Shown here one piece after another: positions 8,625 to 18,580 of a stretch of 64,000 bases of DNA (position 1 is the stretch's first letter; every line of letters begins with the position of its first letter). The position numbers and the translations under genes are program-made. Source of the stretch: a virus (taxonomy: Duplodnaviria; Caudoviricetes). The stretch is from the IMG/VR virus record IMGVR_UViG_2772190661_000001, positions 32,001 to 96,000 of that record, one strand, 5' to 3'. Below the pieces are notes generated by a model. The model made no database searches, was not told where the DNA came from, and worked only from the letters and a program-made list of their open reading frames with translations.

Positions 8625-9245
8625 GTGCGCGACCCACTCACCTACCTGTACCGCTGCTTCGACCGCGAAGGTCAGCTGCTGTACGTCGGGGTCGCCGACG
8701 ACGTCGAGCGCCGCAAGCGGCAGCACGCCGGCGAGAAGTACTGGTGGCACGACGTCGCCCGCGTTACCAAGATGGCGTTCCCGCGCCGGATCGAGGCGCT
8801 GTGGGCGGAGTGGGCGGTCATCACGACGTGCGCGCCGCTCTACAACGCCACCGCGACTATCCCGGCCGTGCCCGGTGAGACCACCCGGCCCGCCCCGACC
8901 GCGCGCCGCGACACGAACTACCAGCTCACGGCACCTGCGATCCGCGCAGGCATGACGGATGAGCAGGTTGAGCAGTACGCCGAGCAGCGCGCCCAGGCCG
9001 TCCTCGCGCACGGCGAGACGAAGGCGTCTGCGATGCGCGAGTACTGGCTGACCTGCGCATCTCTTGGCGTTGAGGCCCGGGGCACCCGGATGGCGAAGGC
9101 CGCGGGCAGCGCCGAGTCGAAGGGCCGAGACCTGGCGATCCGCTGGCGCCGCGACCTCCAGTCTGGCGCGTCTACGGCGGACATCGCCGCCGCGCTCGAA
9201 CGCGTCACCACCGACTTGAGCAGCACAAACACCGAGGAGAGCTAA
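8625..9245 (+). CDS. GIY-YIG nuclease-domain protein
   Basis: YLYRCFD...LLYVGV...RRKRQH...AE...PLYN; GAGGAG RBS. Confidence 0.75.
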   Translation: MRDPLTYLYRCFDREGQLLYVGVADDVERRKRQHAGEKYWWHDVARVTKMAFPRRIEALWAEWAVITTCAPLYNATATIPAVPGETTRPAPTARRDTNYQLTAPAIRAGMTDEQVEQYAEQRAQAVLAHGETKASAMREYWLTCASLGVEARGTRMAKAAGSAESKGRDLAIRWRRDLQSGASTADIAAALERVTTDLSSTNTEES

Positions 9246-9247
9246 CC

Positions 9248-9544
9248 ATGACCGACCTGCAGATCCGGACGACCGTCACCCCGGCCGTCACCGCCCCCCG
9301 TCACTACCTGGTGCCGTTCACGGAGAACCCACCCGGCCCGCCACCGCCCTTGCCGCCCGTGCCGAAGTCGACCGGGATCGGGGTGACGGTCACCGGCGCG
9401 TCCGCGTCCGCGCTCCTCATCGGCGCCGCGGCAGTCGCCTCTCAGGCACTCGATGGGACCGCTTGGGCGCTGCCGCTGGGAGCGGCCGTCGTCACCGCCG
9501 GGGCAACCCGGTTCGTCGCCCACCACCGCCGCCAGCAGCCGTAG
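9248..9544 (+). CDS. Small 2-TM membrane protein (transfer operon)
   Basis: RBS GAGGAG; two hydrophobic segments. Confidence 0.6.
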   Translation: MTDLQIRTTVTPAVTAPRHYLVPFTENPPGPPPPLPPVPKSTGIGVTVTGASASALLIGAAAVASQALDGTAWALPLGAAVVTAGATRFVAHHRRQQP

Positions 9545-9570
9545 CCGGCCCTTCAACGACGGGAGAAACG

Positions 9571-10035
9571 ATGACTCAAAGTAGCGGAGCGGAGGATGTG
9601 CGTGCGCGCACGCACATCGGAAACCCCACCCGCCCCACGCGCTCCACCAGCGCAAACACGCCGGGACGGCCGCCGCTGCGAGTCATCCGCGGCGGAACGC
9701 ACATCACACCGGCCGTCACCGAACCCACCACCGATCACGCAGAGTCCGATCACTACACCGACGCCACCGATGCGCTCCGCGACCACCCGATCGCCGCCCA
9801 GCCGCTCCCCACGCCCGCCGACGCGCTCGACACCCTCTGGCTCGACCGCGACGACGTCCGTCACGGCCTCGCCGGGCAGCTGGCCGCCGCGGTCGCCGGG
9901 CTGCTCCAGCTCGCCTGGCTCGCCCTCGCTCACTCCATCGCGAAAACCGCCGGCGCGTCCAAGACGACTGCGGCGATCGCCACCCTCGCCCTGATCCTCG
10001 CCCTCACCGCCTGGGCCGTCGCCGCCCACGTCTAG
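9571..10035 (+). CDS. Membrane protein (transfer operon)
   Basis: GGGAGA RBS; C-terminal hydrophobic helices. Confidence 0.6.
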   Translation: MTQSSGAEDVRARTHIGNPTRPTRSTSANTPGRPPLRVIRGGTHITPAVTEPTTDHAESDHYTDATDALRDHPIAAQPLPTPADALDTLWLDRDDVRHGLAGQLAAAVAGLLQLAWLALAHSIAKTAGASKTTAAIATLALILALTAWAVAAHV

Positions 10036-10053
10036 CCCGAAAGGAGCACACCC

Positions 10054-10983
10054 GTGATCGACTGGTTCAACTCGCACGCCTGGCACATCGCCGCGATCAT
10101 CGCCGGGTTCGGCATCCGCTGGTTCGCCATGCAGTTCCTCGCCACCGCCACCAAGGCCAGCCTGCGCGCCGGCGCCGGACGGGCCGGACAGCCCGGCACC
10201 GGCCAGGCCGGCGGCACCGCCACCGCCACCAAGTCGAAGAAGTGGAACAAGCTGCGGGTCATCAAGACGATGACGCTGGCGCTCGTCGTCGCATCCGGCC
10301 TCGCCCTTGCCTACGGCACCATCCCGGCCGCCCAATGGGTGATCAGCTGGGGGTCCGGGTTCGGCGGGATCGTCGCCGCGATCTTCGGGGTGCTGTCCGT
10401 CGTCGCCGGATGGCGGGCCATCGAGTCCGGCGCGCAGCTCGTCCACGACCTGTCCGACGGCACTCCCGACGACGCCGCGTTCAACGCCGGGTTCTGGATC
10501 CCGACCCTCGTCCCGATCGGCTGGGCCGCGATCGTCGCCCTGTTCACCAGCGCCGAGGGCGTCACCAACCTCGTCTCGGCGATCATCATCTCCGCGATCA
10601 CGATCTTCTACGGGCACCGGATCCTCAAGCAGGCCCACAACGCCGCCGGGCACAAGCCGCTCTGGATGTACTACGCCTTCATCGTGTCGATCTTCATCGG
10701 GCTCGTGCACATCGTTGCGTTCGCGTACATCGACACCGGAATCGCCGCCTACCTCGGCTCCGGTCTCCTGATCATCCTGCGGGTCGTCTTCGCCGTCACC
10801 GCCATCGGCTTCCTCATCGCCGGCGCCGGCGACTGGATCCGCGACTTCATCCCCGAGAAATGGTCCCAGTGGGCCGCCATGTACGCCATCCCGATCCTCT
10901 TCGTCCTCCCCCAGGCCGTCTACGCCGACATTCAGAACCGAGGCCAGGACACGATCACCGTCATCTTCGGAGCGTTCTCATGA
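10054..10983 (+). CDS. Polytopic membrane protein (putative spread/transfer protein)
   Basis: AAGGAG RBS; about 8 TM segments. Confidence 0.7.
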   Translation: MIDWFNSHAWHIAAIIAGFGIRWFAMQFLATATKASLRAGAGRAGQPGTGQAGGTATATKSKKWNKLRVIKTMTLALVVASGLALAYGTIPAAQWVISWGSGFGGIVAAIFGVLSVVAGWRAIESGAQLVHDLSDGTPDDAAFNAGFWIPTLVPIGWAAIVALFTSAEGVTNLVSAIIISAITIFYGHRILKQAHNAAGHKPLWMYYAFIVSIFIGLVHIVAFAYIDTGIAAYLGSGLLIILRVVFAVTAIGFLIAGAGDWIRDFIPEKWSQWAAMYAIPILFVLPQAVYADIQNRGQDTITVIFGAFS

Positions 10984-11783
10984 CCAAGCCCACCCAGCAG
11001 CCCGGCGGCGACGAGAACGCCAAGTCCGCCGTCGCCTTCACCGCCATCATGACCGCGGTCGCCGGTGGAGCCGGCCTGGTCGTCGCCGGCCTGATCCTCG
11101 GCTTCGACTACCTGATTCACGGCGACCCCGACGAACGCGAGCAGCTGGAGAAGACCCGCGAGCAGCGGCGCGCCGACCGGTACGCCGACGCCCTCTCCTG
11201 GCTCGACGCGGACCGCGCCGACCGGGACCGGCACCGGCGGGCCACCCGGGACTGGTTCAGCGCCGACCCCGCCACCCGCGGCGAGAAGCCCGACAGCGGT
11301 GAGACCGTCGGCCGGGTCGCCGCCCGCCTGTGGAACGGGGCGATCGTCGGCTGGCGCCGGTTCAAGACCGGCTGGGACGACGGCCGCGCCGACGCCCGCG
11401 ACCGCCGCGACGCCGGCGAGCCCGGCTGGTGGCGGCCCGGCACCACCAAGCCCCGCACCAGCGGCCACGACGACGGCAAGGAGCAGGCCGGCGGCGAGCC
11501 GGTCACCGCGACCGGCGAGCAGACCGACTGGGACGGGCTCACCCCCGGCCCAGCGCCGGCCAGCACCGACGACGGCATCCTCGACGCCGAGGTCATCCCC
11601 GACCCGCCGGCCGTCGACCGGGACCTCGTTCCCGTCGGCCAGGACGCCACGCCCGGCCCGGACCCGCGGACCGCCAGCTACGACGCCAGGCTCGCCGACC
11701 TCGAAGCCGAGGTGTCCAGCAGCGCCGGCCAGCCGCGGCCCGGCTACCGCAACGGCCAGGCGCTCCGGGACGCGGACGCGTAA
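10980..11783 (+). CDS. Single-TM protein (transfer operon)
   Basis: ATGA overlap with the upstream stop; N-terminal TM. Confidence 0.65.
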   Translation: MTKPTQQPGGDENAKSAVAFTAIMTAVAGGAGLVVAGLILGFDYLIHGDPDEREQLEKTREQRRADRYADALSWLDADRADRDRHRRATRDWFSADPATRGEKPDSGETVGRVAARLWNGAIVGWRRFKTGWDDGRADARDRRDAGEPGWWRPGTTKPRTSGHDDGKEQAGGEPVTATGEQTDWDGLTPGPAPASTDDGILDAEVIPDPPAVDRDLVPVGQDATPGPDPRTASYDARLADLEAEVSSSAGQPRPGYRNGQALRDADA

Positions 11784-11840
11784 GCGACCGCTTCGTCCAC
11801 ATCACCGACATCGACATCTTCTGAGCGAAGGAGAACATCC

Positions 11841-12281
11841 GTGAGCAACCTGGCGAACATCGGCGGCGGGGGTATCGCGCCCCGGTCCGGCGGGGCGATG
11901 GCCATGCCGTCCGGGACCGGCGCGGCCGGCGCCGCGAACGTGTCCATGGTCCGCATGATCGTCCTGCTCGGTCAGGCGGTCCGCGCCCTCGACGTCCTCG
12001 AAGACGTCGGCCGGGACCTGCTGGCCGAGGCCACCACGACCGAGGAGATGGCGAACTACCTCACCGCGTCGTTCGGGGAGCGCATCTCCCTGGAAGAGAT
12101 CCGGATCATCGCGCAAATGCTGACCCAGATCGTCGACGGCAGCAAGAAACTCGTCCACAAGGGCGCCGAGTCCGTCCGGGCCGCGACCATGGCGAACTTC
12201 CAGGTCCGCGTCGCCCAGGAGCAGCTGCACTCCCTCGGCGCCGACGGCGCCTGGGTCGACTCCCAGCGACGGGCCGGCTGA
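11841..12281 (+). CDS. Helical hypothetical protein upstream of the translocase (TraA-like position)
   Basis: AAGGAG RBS; high GC3 codon usage. Confidence 0.6.
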   Translation: MSNLANIGGGGIAPRSGGAMAMPSGTGAAGAANVSMVRMIVLLGQAVRALDVLEDVGRDLLAEATTTEEMANYLTASFGERISLEEIRIIAQMLTQIVDGSKKLVHKGAESVRAATMANFQVRVAQEQLHSLGADGAWVDSQRRAG

Positions 12282-12360
12282 CGGCCGTGGAGCCCCGCGC
12301 CGCCCGGACCCGCGCCGGGCGGCGCCGAGTTTCCCGGACCAGCCCCGGAAGGAGAACCCG

Positions 12361-15318
12361 ATGACCAACACCATCACCGCCCCGGCCACGACAGCCCGGC
12401 CACCGGCGCCCGCGAAGAACGCCCTCCCGGCCGGGGTCGTCATGACCCGGCACTGGCGCGAGACCGACGGCGGCCCGATCGTCAAGCACGACCACGAACG
12501 CCCCGTCGACGACAGCCGCGACCTGCCCGTCGGCGTGTGGTGGCTGTGCCCGGCCTCCGAGACGTGCAAGACCGGCGAGTGGGTGTTCCCCCGCGACGAC
12601 GACCCCGGCATGCCGAAGAAGCAGTTCTGCGCCGACCACGGCGCCCGGCTGCTTCCCGGCCGGGCCGAGGCGTCCGACGGTGATCCGAAAGCCGCTGCAC
12701 GCGGCTGGCTGGAGGGCTGGCTCGCCGACGCGGCCGCCGCTGGCCGCCAGCGGATCGCGGATGCGACAAGCACCCGCATCGCCCAGATCCGCGCGGCCGG
12801 CCGGGCCGAGGCCGAACGTGCCGGCCGGGACCTGCGCGAGCACGTGCCGTCCCTGACCGTGTCCGCCGGCGCGCTCGTCGCGGACTACTCGCTCCTGACG
12901 AACCTCGACACGCTGCCCGGCATCGCGGTCGGCACGTGCCTGGCCGTCGGCGGAACCGTCCTCGCCTACCTGACCGTGTACGCGGGCGAGCTCGTCTACG
13001 CCCGCCGCATGGGCTACACCCTCCGCGAACTGCCCCGGCACCTGCGCGCCCGCGCCCGGTCCCGCGCCCGCTGGATCGCCTCCGGAGTCCTCGCGACCGG
13101 TGTGTGGCTCGTCATCGCCGAGGCGATCGGCGCGGACCTCGCGAACTTCCGCGGGTTCCTCATGTCGATGCTCGGCGCCCTGCTCATCGCCGTCGTCAAC
13201 TACCGGCCGTGGGCCGACATGGTCGCCCGCCGGCAGGCCGCCGCCCGCGCGGCCGCCGTGCACGCCGAAGCGCAGGCACGCGCTGAGGAGGAGCGGATCG
13301 AGGCCGAGCGTGCCGAGACCGCCCGGCAGGAGCACGAGGCCGCCGAAGCGCAGCGTGCCGCGGAGGAGTCCGCGGCCGCCGAGGCACGGAAGATCGCCGC
13401 CGAGCACGACACCCCCGACGACGCCGGCCGGAAGTTCGCCGAGCGTTGGCAGCACGTCATCGCCGCGTCCCGGGCCGCGAACGGCGCCGCCGGATTCGAC
13501 ATCGCCCGGACCGAGGTCGTCGCCGGCCAGACCCGGAAGCTGACCGCCGCCGACGGTGACGGTGAGGTCGTCATCGGCTGGGAGTACCTGGTCAAAGCCG
13601 CACCCGGCGTCCTCACCCCGCGCAACGGGGACGTGTCGCCGTTCGTTGGTATGAAGCGGTGGCTTGCCGACGTCTTGGAGATCGACGTGGCGATGCTCGA
13701 CCTGCAGTACCAGCCGAACCGGGTCGGTGAGGGCGACAAGCCCGAACCGCTGATCAATCACGGCCTCGTCATGATCTCCGAGACGTTCCCGCTCGCGGAA
13801 GCCGTCACGCACCCGGGCGCGAGCGGCGTGTTCGTCGACCGCAAGGGCGTCCGGTGGGCGTTCGCCGGCCGGGGCGTCCGCGGCGAAGGCGTCTACAAGC
13901 GGCACTTCACCCCCGGGCAGGCCGGGGGCGGGAACACCGTCGGTGTGACCGGCACCGGCAAGTCCGTCCTCGTACAGGGCACCGTGTACGGCGACCTGCT
14001 CCTCGGGATCCTGCCGATCCTCCACGACGCGGGCAAGAACGCCATGGACTACGTCGACTTCTACGGCATCGTCCCGGTCGGGCACACCATCGAACACCGG
14101 GAGATCATCCGCGAGTCGCTGTGGGCGGAGATGAAACGCCGCCAGGCGTGGATCAACATGCGGACCACAACCGGTCTCGGCGGCATGGAGGTCGTCGCCG
14201 ACCCGACCTGGGACTGCGACGCTGGCGGCCCGCCGATCCGGGCGATCTGGGACGAGTTCCACATGCACATGAAGGACCCGAAGTTCGTCACCATGCTCAC
14301 CGAGATGGTCCGTCTCCAGCGCGCCACCGCGATCATGGCCGAGACGGCGACGCAGGGCGGCGGCCTGGCCGACATGGGCGACAACAACCTCCGTGAGCAG
14401 CTCAACGAGATCCGCTCCCAGCTCATGCGGGTCACCGACCACACCGCCCGCCTGACCGGCTACACCGGCGGGATCAAGCCGTCCGACCTGCCGACCCTGC
14501 CCGGCATGGTCGTCATGCAGGAGATGCGCGGCACGCCGGTGGCGTACCGGGCCGCGTTCATCCCCCGCGATCCGCAGAACCCGGACTCGCTCGTCTACCG
14601 GATGCGCCGTCCGAACGGTACCCCCGAGGGCGAGCAGATCCTGTTCGCCCCGACCCTGCCGCCGGAGACGATCGCCGTGTTCGAGGAGCACGGGCTGATG
14701 GACCTGTGGGAGCTCGGCAAGACGAAGTCCGGCCGGGAACGCCTGCAGTCCGAGTCCGACCCGGTCGAGTCGACCGCGTTCCCCGCCGACCTCGCCGCCA
14801 TGTTCGGTGCCGCCGGTCAGGGCGTGCAGCCGTCGCAGAAGCCGCACATGCGCGCCGAAGACCTGATCCTGGCCATGCTCAAGCACGAGTCCGACCAAGG
14901 CCGGCCCGGCTTGACCATCGCCGAGATCCAGGAGTCGGCGTGGTGGGTCCACATCGCCGGCCCGTGGTCCAAGAGCGACAGCGGCAGCCCGTCGCACACT
15001 ACGATCGGGCACGCCTGCAAGCGCATGTCCACCGTCACCGACCAGCAGGCCGCAGCCGGTGCGGCACCGCTGGTCGGCAACGACGGCGGCAAACCGGCCG
15101 TCCGCTGGTCTCTGCTCGCCGCCGGCACGGAGCGCGGCGAGCAGATGCTCAACCTGATCCGTTCCACCGGTGCCCTCGGCAAGGAGGGCCGGGCCCAGGC
15201 CGCGGCGTCCGGCATGGACGTCGGCCAGATGGAGCGGGAGGCGATGCTCCGCGCCGAGCAAGAGGCGCTCATCGCCGAGCTTGTCCGCGAGGCCGCCAAG
15301 GCTGCGGGTGGCGCATGA
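12361..15318 (+). CDS. traB: TraB-like FtsK/SpoIIIE conjugative DNA translocase
   Basis: N-terminal TMs, coiled coil, Walker A GVTGTGKS, Walker B IWDEFH, C-terminal winged-helix-like segment. Confidence 0.78.
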   Translation: MTNTITAPATTARPPAPAKNALPAGVVMTRHWRETDGGPIVKHDHERPVDDSRDLPVGVWWLCPASETCKTGEWVFPRDDDPGMPKKQFCADHGARLLPGRAEASDGDPKAAARGWLEGWLADAAAAGRQRIADATSTRIAQIRAAGRAEAERAGRDLREHVPSLTVSAGALVADYSLLTNLDTLPGIAVGTCLAVGGTVLAYLTVYAGELVYARRMGYTLRELPRHLRARARSRARWIASGVLATGVWLVIAEAIGADLANFRGFLMSMLGALLIAVVNYRPWADMVARRQAAARAAAVHAEAQARAEEERIEAERAETARQEHEAAEAQRAAEESAAAEARKIAAEHDTPDDAGRKFAERWQHVIAASRAANGAAGFDIARTEVVAGQTRKLTAADGDGEVVIGWEYLVKAAPGVLTPRNGDVSPFVGMKRWLADVLEIDVAMLDLQYQPNRVGEGDKPEPLINHGLVMISETFPLAEAVTHPGASGVFVDRKGVRWAFAGRGVRGEGVYKRHFTPGQAGGGNTVGVTGTGKSVLVQGTVYGDLLLGILPILHDAGKNAMDYVDFYGIVPVGHTIEHREIIRESLWAEMKRRQAWINMRTTTGLGGMEVVADPTWDCDAGGPPIRAIWDEFHMHMKDPKFVTMLTEMVRLQRATAIMAETATQGGGLADMGDNNLREQLNEIRSQLMRVTDHTARLTGYTGGIKPSDLPTLPGMVVMQEMRGTPVAYRAAFIPRDPQNPDSLVYRMRRPNGTPEGEQILFAPTLPPETIAVFEEHGLMDLWELGKTKSGRERLQSESDPVESTAFPADLAAMFGAAGQGVQPSQKPHMRAEDLILAMLKHESDQGRPGLTIAEIQESAWWVHIAGPWSKSDSGSPSHTTIGHACKRMSTVTDQQAAAGAAPLVGNDGGKPAVRWSLLAAGTERGEQMLNLIRSTGALGKEGRAQAAASGMDVGQMEREAMLRAEQEALIAELVREAAKAAGGA

Positions 15319-15346
15319 CCGGCGCGGATGCCGCTACCGTGGACGG

Positions 15347-15577
15347 ATGCCCCGCTACGAGGACAACGCCGTCGGCAACTACCAGCGCGCCGGCGACCGG
15401 CTCAACAACGTCGAGCAGCACGTCGACTCCATCGCCGACCAGATCGCACTCGCCCAAGCCGACCTGCTCCGGTCGGCCGTCGGCTACCTGCACACCCTCG
15501 TCGAGAACACCGGCCGGATCGCGGCCGCACTCGAAGCCCGCAACGACGCCGACACGAAGGCGTCCGCACGCCGCTGA
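15347..15577 (+). CDS. Small coiled-coil hypothetical protein
   Basis: TACCGT 6 nt before the ATG (leaderless); good codon bias. Confidence 0.55.
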   Translation: MPRYEDNAVGNYQRAGDRLNNVEQHVDSIADQIALAQADLLRSAVGYLHTLVENTGRIAAALEARNDADTKASARR

Positions 15578-15598
15578 CCAGCACCGGTCCGGTGCGGC

Positions 15599-16264
15599 AT
15601 GACCACAGCACCGGACCGGCTCTCCTCGGTCGTCCGTCGCGGCATCGTCTACGGGATCACCACCCTGACGCACGAGTGCGCGCTGGCCATGCTCCGCGGC
15701 GAGCCCATCACCGCCGGGACCGAGTTCGGGTATGCGGGCAAGACCCGGCAGCGACTGGCCGCCCGGGAGCGCCAGCACCGCGACACCCAGCCGTGGTCGG
15801 ATCTGATCGTCGGTGAGGCGTTCGTCGTCGAGCAGGGCATGTGGGACGAGCCGGAACTCGACGCCCGCGAACTGGCGGTCATCGCCGGATGGCGGCCGCG
15901 GTACAACATCAGCGGCAACTGGGACAACCCGGGCCGGGTAAAGCCGTGGGATGCGGTCGCGCAGCGCCACGCGCGTGATGATGCGGCGGGCCGGCCTCGG
16001 TGGGTTCCGCCAGTCGAGCGTGCGCCCGTCGTGTTCGCGACGCCGCCGTGGTGGCGGCGCGCGCTGGCCGCTTGGCCTCCATGGTCGGCGAAGCTGGTGG
16101 TATGGGCTGTGGCGTGGCTGCTGCTGTGGGCTCTGGTCCAGGCTGTGCTGACCGAGATGGGAGTGCCGGACAGCGGCGCTCTGGCGGTCCCCGTGTCCGG
16201 CGGCCTGCTCGGGTGGGGCCTACGCCGGGGTGGTGCCCGGTTCGCATGGAAGCGCCGCCGCTAA
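15599..16264 (+). CDS. GIY-YIG-like protein with C-terminal TM helices
   Basis: GIVYGI...YAGKTRQRLAARERQH...E...PRYN, then two hydrophobic segments. Confidence 0.6.
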   Translation: MTTAPDRLSSVVRRGIVYGITTLTHECALAMLRGEPITAGTEFGYAGKTRQRLAARERQHRDTQPWSDLIVGEAFVVEQGMWDEPELDARELAVIAGWRPRYNISGNWDNPGRVKPWDAVAQRHARDDAAGRPRWVPPVERAPVVFATPPWWRRALAAWPPWSAKLVVWAVAWLLLWALVQAVLTEMGVPDSGALAVPVSGGLLGWGLRRGGARFAWKRRR

Positions 16265-16292
16265 CCTACCGACCCTTGATCGGCTGAACGTA

Positions 16293-16327
16293 CGAGCCCG
16301 GCCCGGAAACTCCTCCGGCCGGGCTCG
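16293..16327. terminator. Stem-loop ending the transfer operon
   Basis: CGAGCCCGGCC / GGCCGGGCTCG inverted repeat. Confidence 0.55.
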
Positions 16328-16398
16328 CACCGTCTCATCCTGGAGTGCGTCCCTCGGGCTGCTGGCGCCCGCATCTCTCCCGGACGGGAGTGTTCCCC

Positions 16399-16818
16399 AT
16401 GACCTACCGCGCGTACGTCACGCCCCGCGGCGACGACGAGCCGCTCATCATCTTCGGCTCCGTCACGGATCGGCGCGCCGATCTCAAAGCGATCGCGCAG
16501 AGTTGCGGGTTCGACCCGACCAATCAGAGCCACAAAACTCTGGTCACGGTCGATCTGCTCGACGACCCGCGATCGCTTCGTCTCGCGAACGGGCACTGGA
16601 CGGTGCTCGGCCCGAACGCTTTCTTCATGCAGCGCTACTGGGAGATGGCGGAGGGGCGTGCGCTGCAGGGCCACGCTCCGACGCTACCGATCAAGATCGT
16701 GTTCGGGCCGTTGTCTGCTGCCCAACCGGACCTGGCCGAGCACCAGGACGGAATCATCGGCCGCGCCGTATTGACGAGTCACATGGACGGCATTCACGAC
16801 GACCTGAGGCTTCCCTGA
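16399..16818 (+). CDS. Hypothetical protein
   Basis: GGGAG RBS; 139 aa globular composition. Confidence 0.55.
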   Translation: MTYRAYVTPRGDDEPLIIFGSVTDRRADLKAIAQSCGFDPTNQSHKTLVTVDLLDDPRSLRLANGHWTVLGPNAFFMQRYWEMAEGRALQGHAPTLPIKIVFGPLSAAQPDLAEHQDGIIGRAVLTSHMDGIHDDLRLP

Positions 16819-17001
16819 CCCCCGGTCGGCCGTCAGATGATCGGCGGATGCTGATTCGTCCGATCAACCATGGTCGTTGTGTCGCTCCCCGACTGGCACG
16901 CACGAGCGTGCCAGCATGATCGGTAAGCCCGGGTGTACGGCTGGCCGCCCGGCACGCGGCCACCCCCGCCGCACACCCGGGCCAACCCTGGGGAGGGCAA
17001 C

Positions 17002-17292
17002 ATGGACGAACCGAGCTGGTGCGACCCGCAGCAGTGCACCGCACACGAACAGGACTTCCCACCCGGCCGGGCCGCACACCGATCCGCGCCACAACTCATC
17101 GAAGGCACGACCGGCCGGGTCTCACTCCAGATCGTCCAACGCGCCAGCATGGACGGCCCGCACCTGGTCGCCGGCGTCACCGCGACAGGGCCCGGCGGCA
17201 GCTCCCAACACCTCGCCGTGCACCTGCCCATCAGTCAGGCACCGCACCTCGAGGCGGCGATACATCACCTGGCCGCGGCCGCCGATGCCTGA
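17002..17292 (+). CDS. Small Cys/His-containing hypothetical protein
   Basis: GGGAGG RBS; PSWCDPQQCTAH...HRS motif. Confidence 0.55.
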   Translation: MDEPSWCDPQQCTAHEQDFPPGRAAHRSAPQLIEGTTGRVSLQIVQRASMDGPHLVAGVTATGPGGSSQHLAVHLPISQAPHLEAAIHHLAAAADA

Positions 17293-17446
17293 CCCGGACG
17301 TGCGCGACGAACGGGCATGGTGGACGGTCTCGCCGAACGCGATTCCGTACCGGCCGCCGGCACCCGGGCGCGACGAAGCGCCCCGCCCTCGGCCCGAAGG
17401 CCAAGAGCGGGGCGAACGAAAGATGGGCAACGAGCCCGGGGCGTGA

Positions 17447-17779
17447 CTACTCCAGCAGCGCCGGCCGCGGGCGGGGATCCCGGCCGGTCACGCCGACGTT
17501 CGCCTGCACGAACCCGGCCACACCCGTCGGGCTCCACAACCCGAAGTGCATCGCGACCGCGACCATGAACGTGCCAAGCCACGTCAGGCCGACCGTGCCC
17601 CAGCCGAACACCTGCGCGGTGTTCAAGGCGACCAGGTACTCGGTCAGGAACCCGGACACCGCGGACAGCAGCGCGAGCAGCACCGCCTTGACGCCCGGAC
17701 TGGTCGACTTGGACGTGACGACGCCGACGAGGATCGGCAGAATGATGCCGACCACCAGGGAAAGGATCTGCACCTGCAC
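17447..17779 (-). CDS. Putative holin
   Basis: 110 aa with 3 TMs at the end of the lysis cassette. Confidence 0.7.
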   Translation of the reverse strand: MQVQILSLVVGIILPILVGVVTSKSTSPGVKAVLLALLSAVSGFLTEYLVALNTAQVFGWGTVGLTWLGTFMVAVAMHFGLWSPTGVAGFVQANVGVTGRDPRPRPALLE

Positions 17780-17822
17780 GGCAGGCCTCCAATCGGTGTA
17801 AGAGCAGCGCTACGCTGCCGGA

Positions 17823-18191
17823 ATGAAAGATCAGGTCCGGGTCGGGCAGTGGTGGTGCAACACCTGCGGCAGCACCGTCACCCCGCGCTGGAACGAGGTC
17901 GTTCCGACCTGCCCCGCCTGCACGGCGATGCCGCTCGAAGTCGTCGACGGGCCGCAAGGCGTCATCTACCGCGAACCGACACCAGCCCGATGCGACACCG
18001 GACACCCGCTCGGCCCGGGGACCGTGTTGCTCGGCTGGACCGGATGCGGCTGCAACCCCGCCCACGGACACCGATCCTGGGCTTGCCAGGCCGCGGGCTG
18101 CGGCGACGTGCAAATGTGGCCGCCACACCGGCCGGTCGACGACGCCCCGTACTTTGGGCCCGGCCGCGACGATGCGTGGCGGGCCGGCTAA
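17823..18191 (+). CDS. Cys-rich Zn-finger protein in opposite orientation inside the lysis cassette
   Basis: CNTC, CPAC, CxxGH and CQAAGC motifs; TACGCT 6 nt before the ATG. Confidence 0.55.
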   Translation: MKDQVRVGQWWCNTCGSTVTPRWNEVVPTCPACTAMPLEVVDGPQGVIYREPTPARCDTGHPLGPGTVLLGWTGCGCNPAHGHRSWACQAAGCGDVQMWPPHRPVDDAPYFGPGRDDAWRAG

Positions 18192-18580
18192 GCCCGCCCG
18201 TTCTGCTGCTGCCCGCGGGCGACGAGAAGCCGCAAATGCTCGAGCGTCGCGTCCGGGGCCAGGATCGCCGTCCGTAACTGATGCAGTTCCGTCGCGAGCG
18301 CCCGCGCCTCCGCCGTCACCCGCTCCATCTGCTCCTGCGCCGCCGACATCTGCTCCCGGGCCTTCGACGCCTGCACCTGCGCCGCCTCGGCCTGCGCCTG
18401 CGCGGACTCGGCCGCCTTCTCGAACTTCCCGATCCACTCCATCGCCGTGCCCGTGATCACCTGCGCGGCGTCCGCGCGAGTCTTACGCCGGCCGAACGCC
18501 GCATTCAACAGCGCCCCGAGCCCGCCCAGCCCGCCGACCACCGCGACCGCGAGCATCAGCCACTCCGCCGTCCCGTTCAC
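18188..18580 (-). CDS. Lysis-associated protein, 1 TM plus coiled coil
   Basis: GTGA overlap; N-terminal TM, A/Q/E-rich coil. Confidence 0.65.
   Translation of the reverse strand: MNGTAEWLMLAVAVVGGLGGLGALLNAAFGRRKTRADAAQVITGTAMEWIGKFEKAAESAQAQAEAAQVQASKAREQMSAAQEQMERVTAEARALATELHQLRTAILAPDATLEHLRLLVARGQQQNGRA

Larger units (their letters stand above)
77..17300. mobile_element. AICE/conjugative plasmid-like module (left end not in window)
   Basis: Replication gene, origin-like region, TraB transfer operon and TA pair; no integrase or att site seen. Confidence 0.65.

Noticed and set aside
12106-15261. 1051-aa minus-strand ORF, and similar long ORFs at 20696-23803, 23496-25643, 41665-43185 and 57918-60152
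   Set aside because: Antisense shadows of real high-GC3 genes, with no recognisable motifs
16820-17446. att site at the boundary between the transfer module and the prophage
   Set aside because: No duplicate of a tRNA 3' end or other direct repeat found by eye; only GC-rich hairpins
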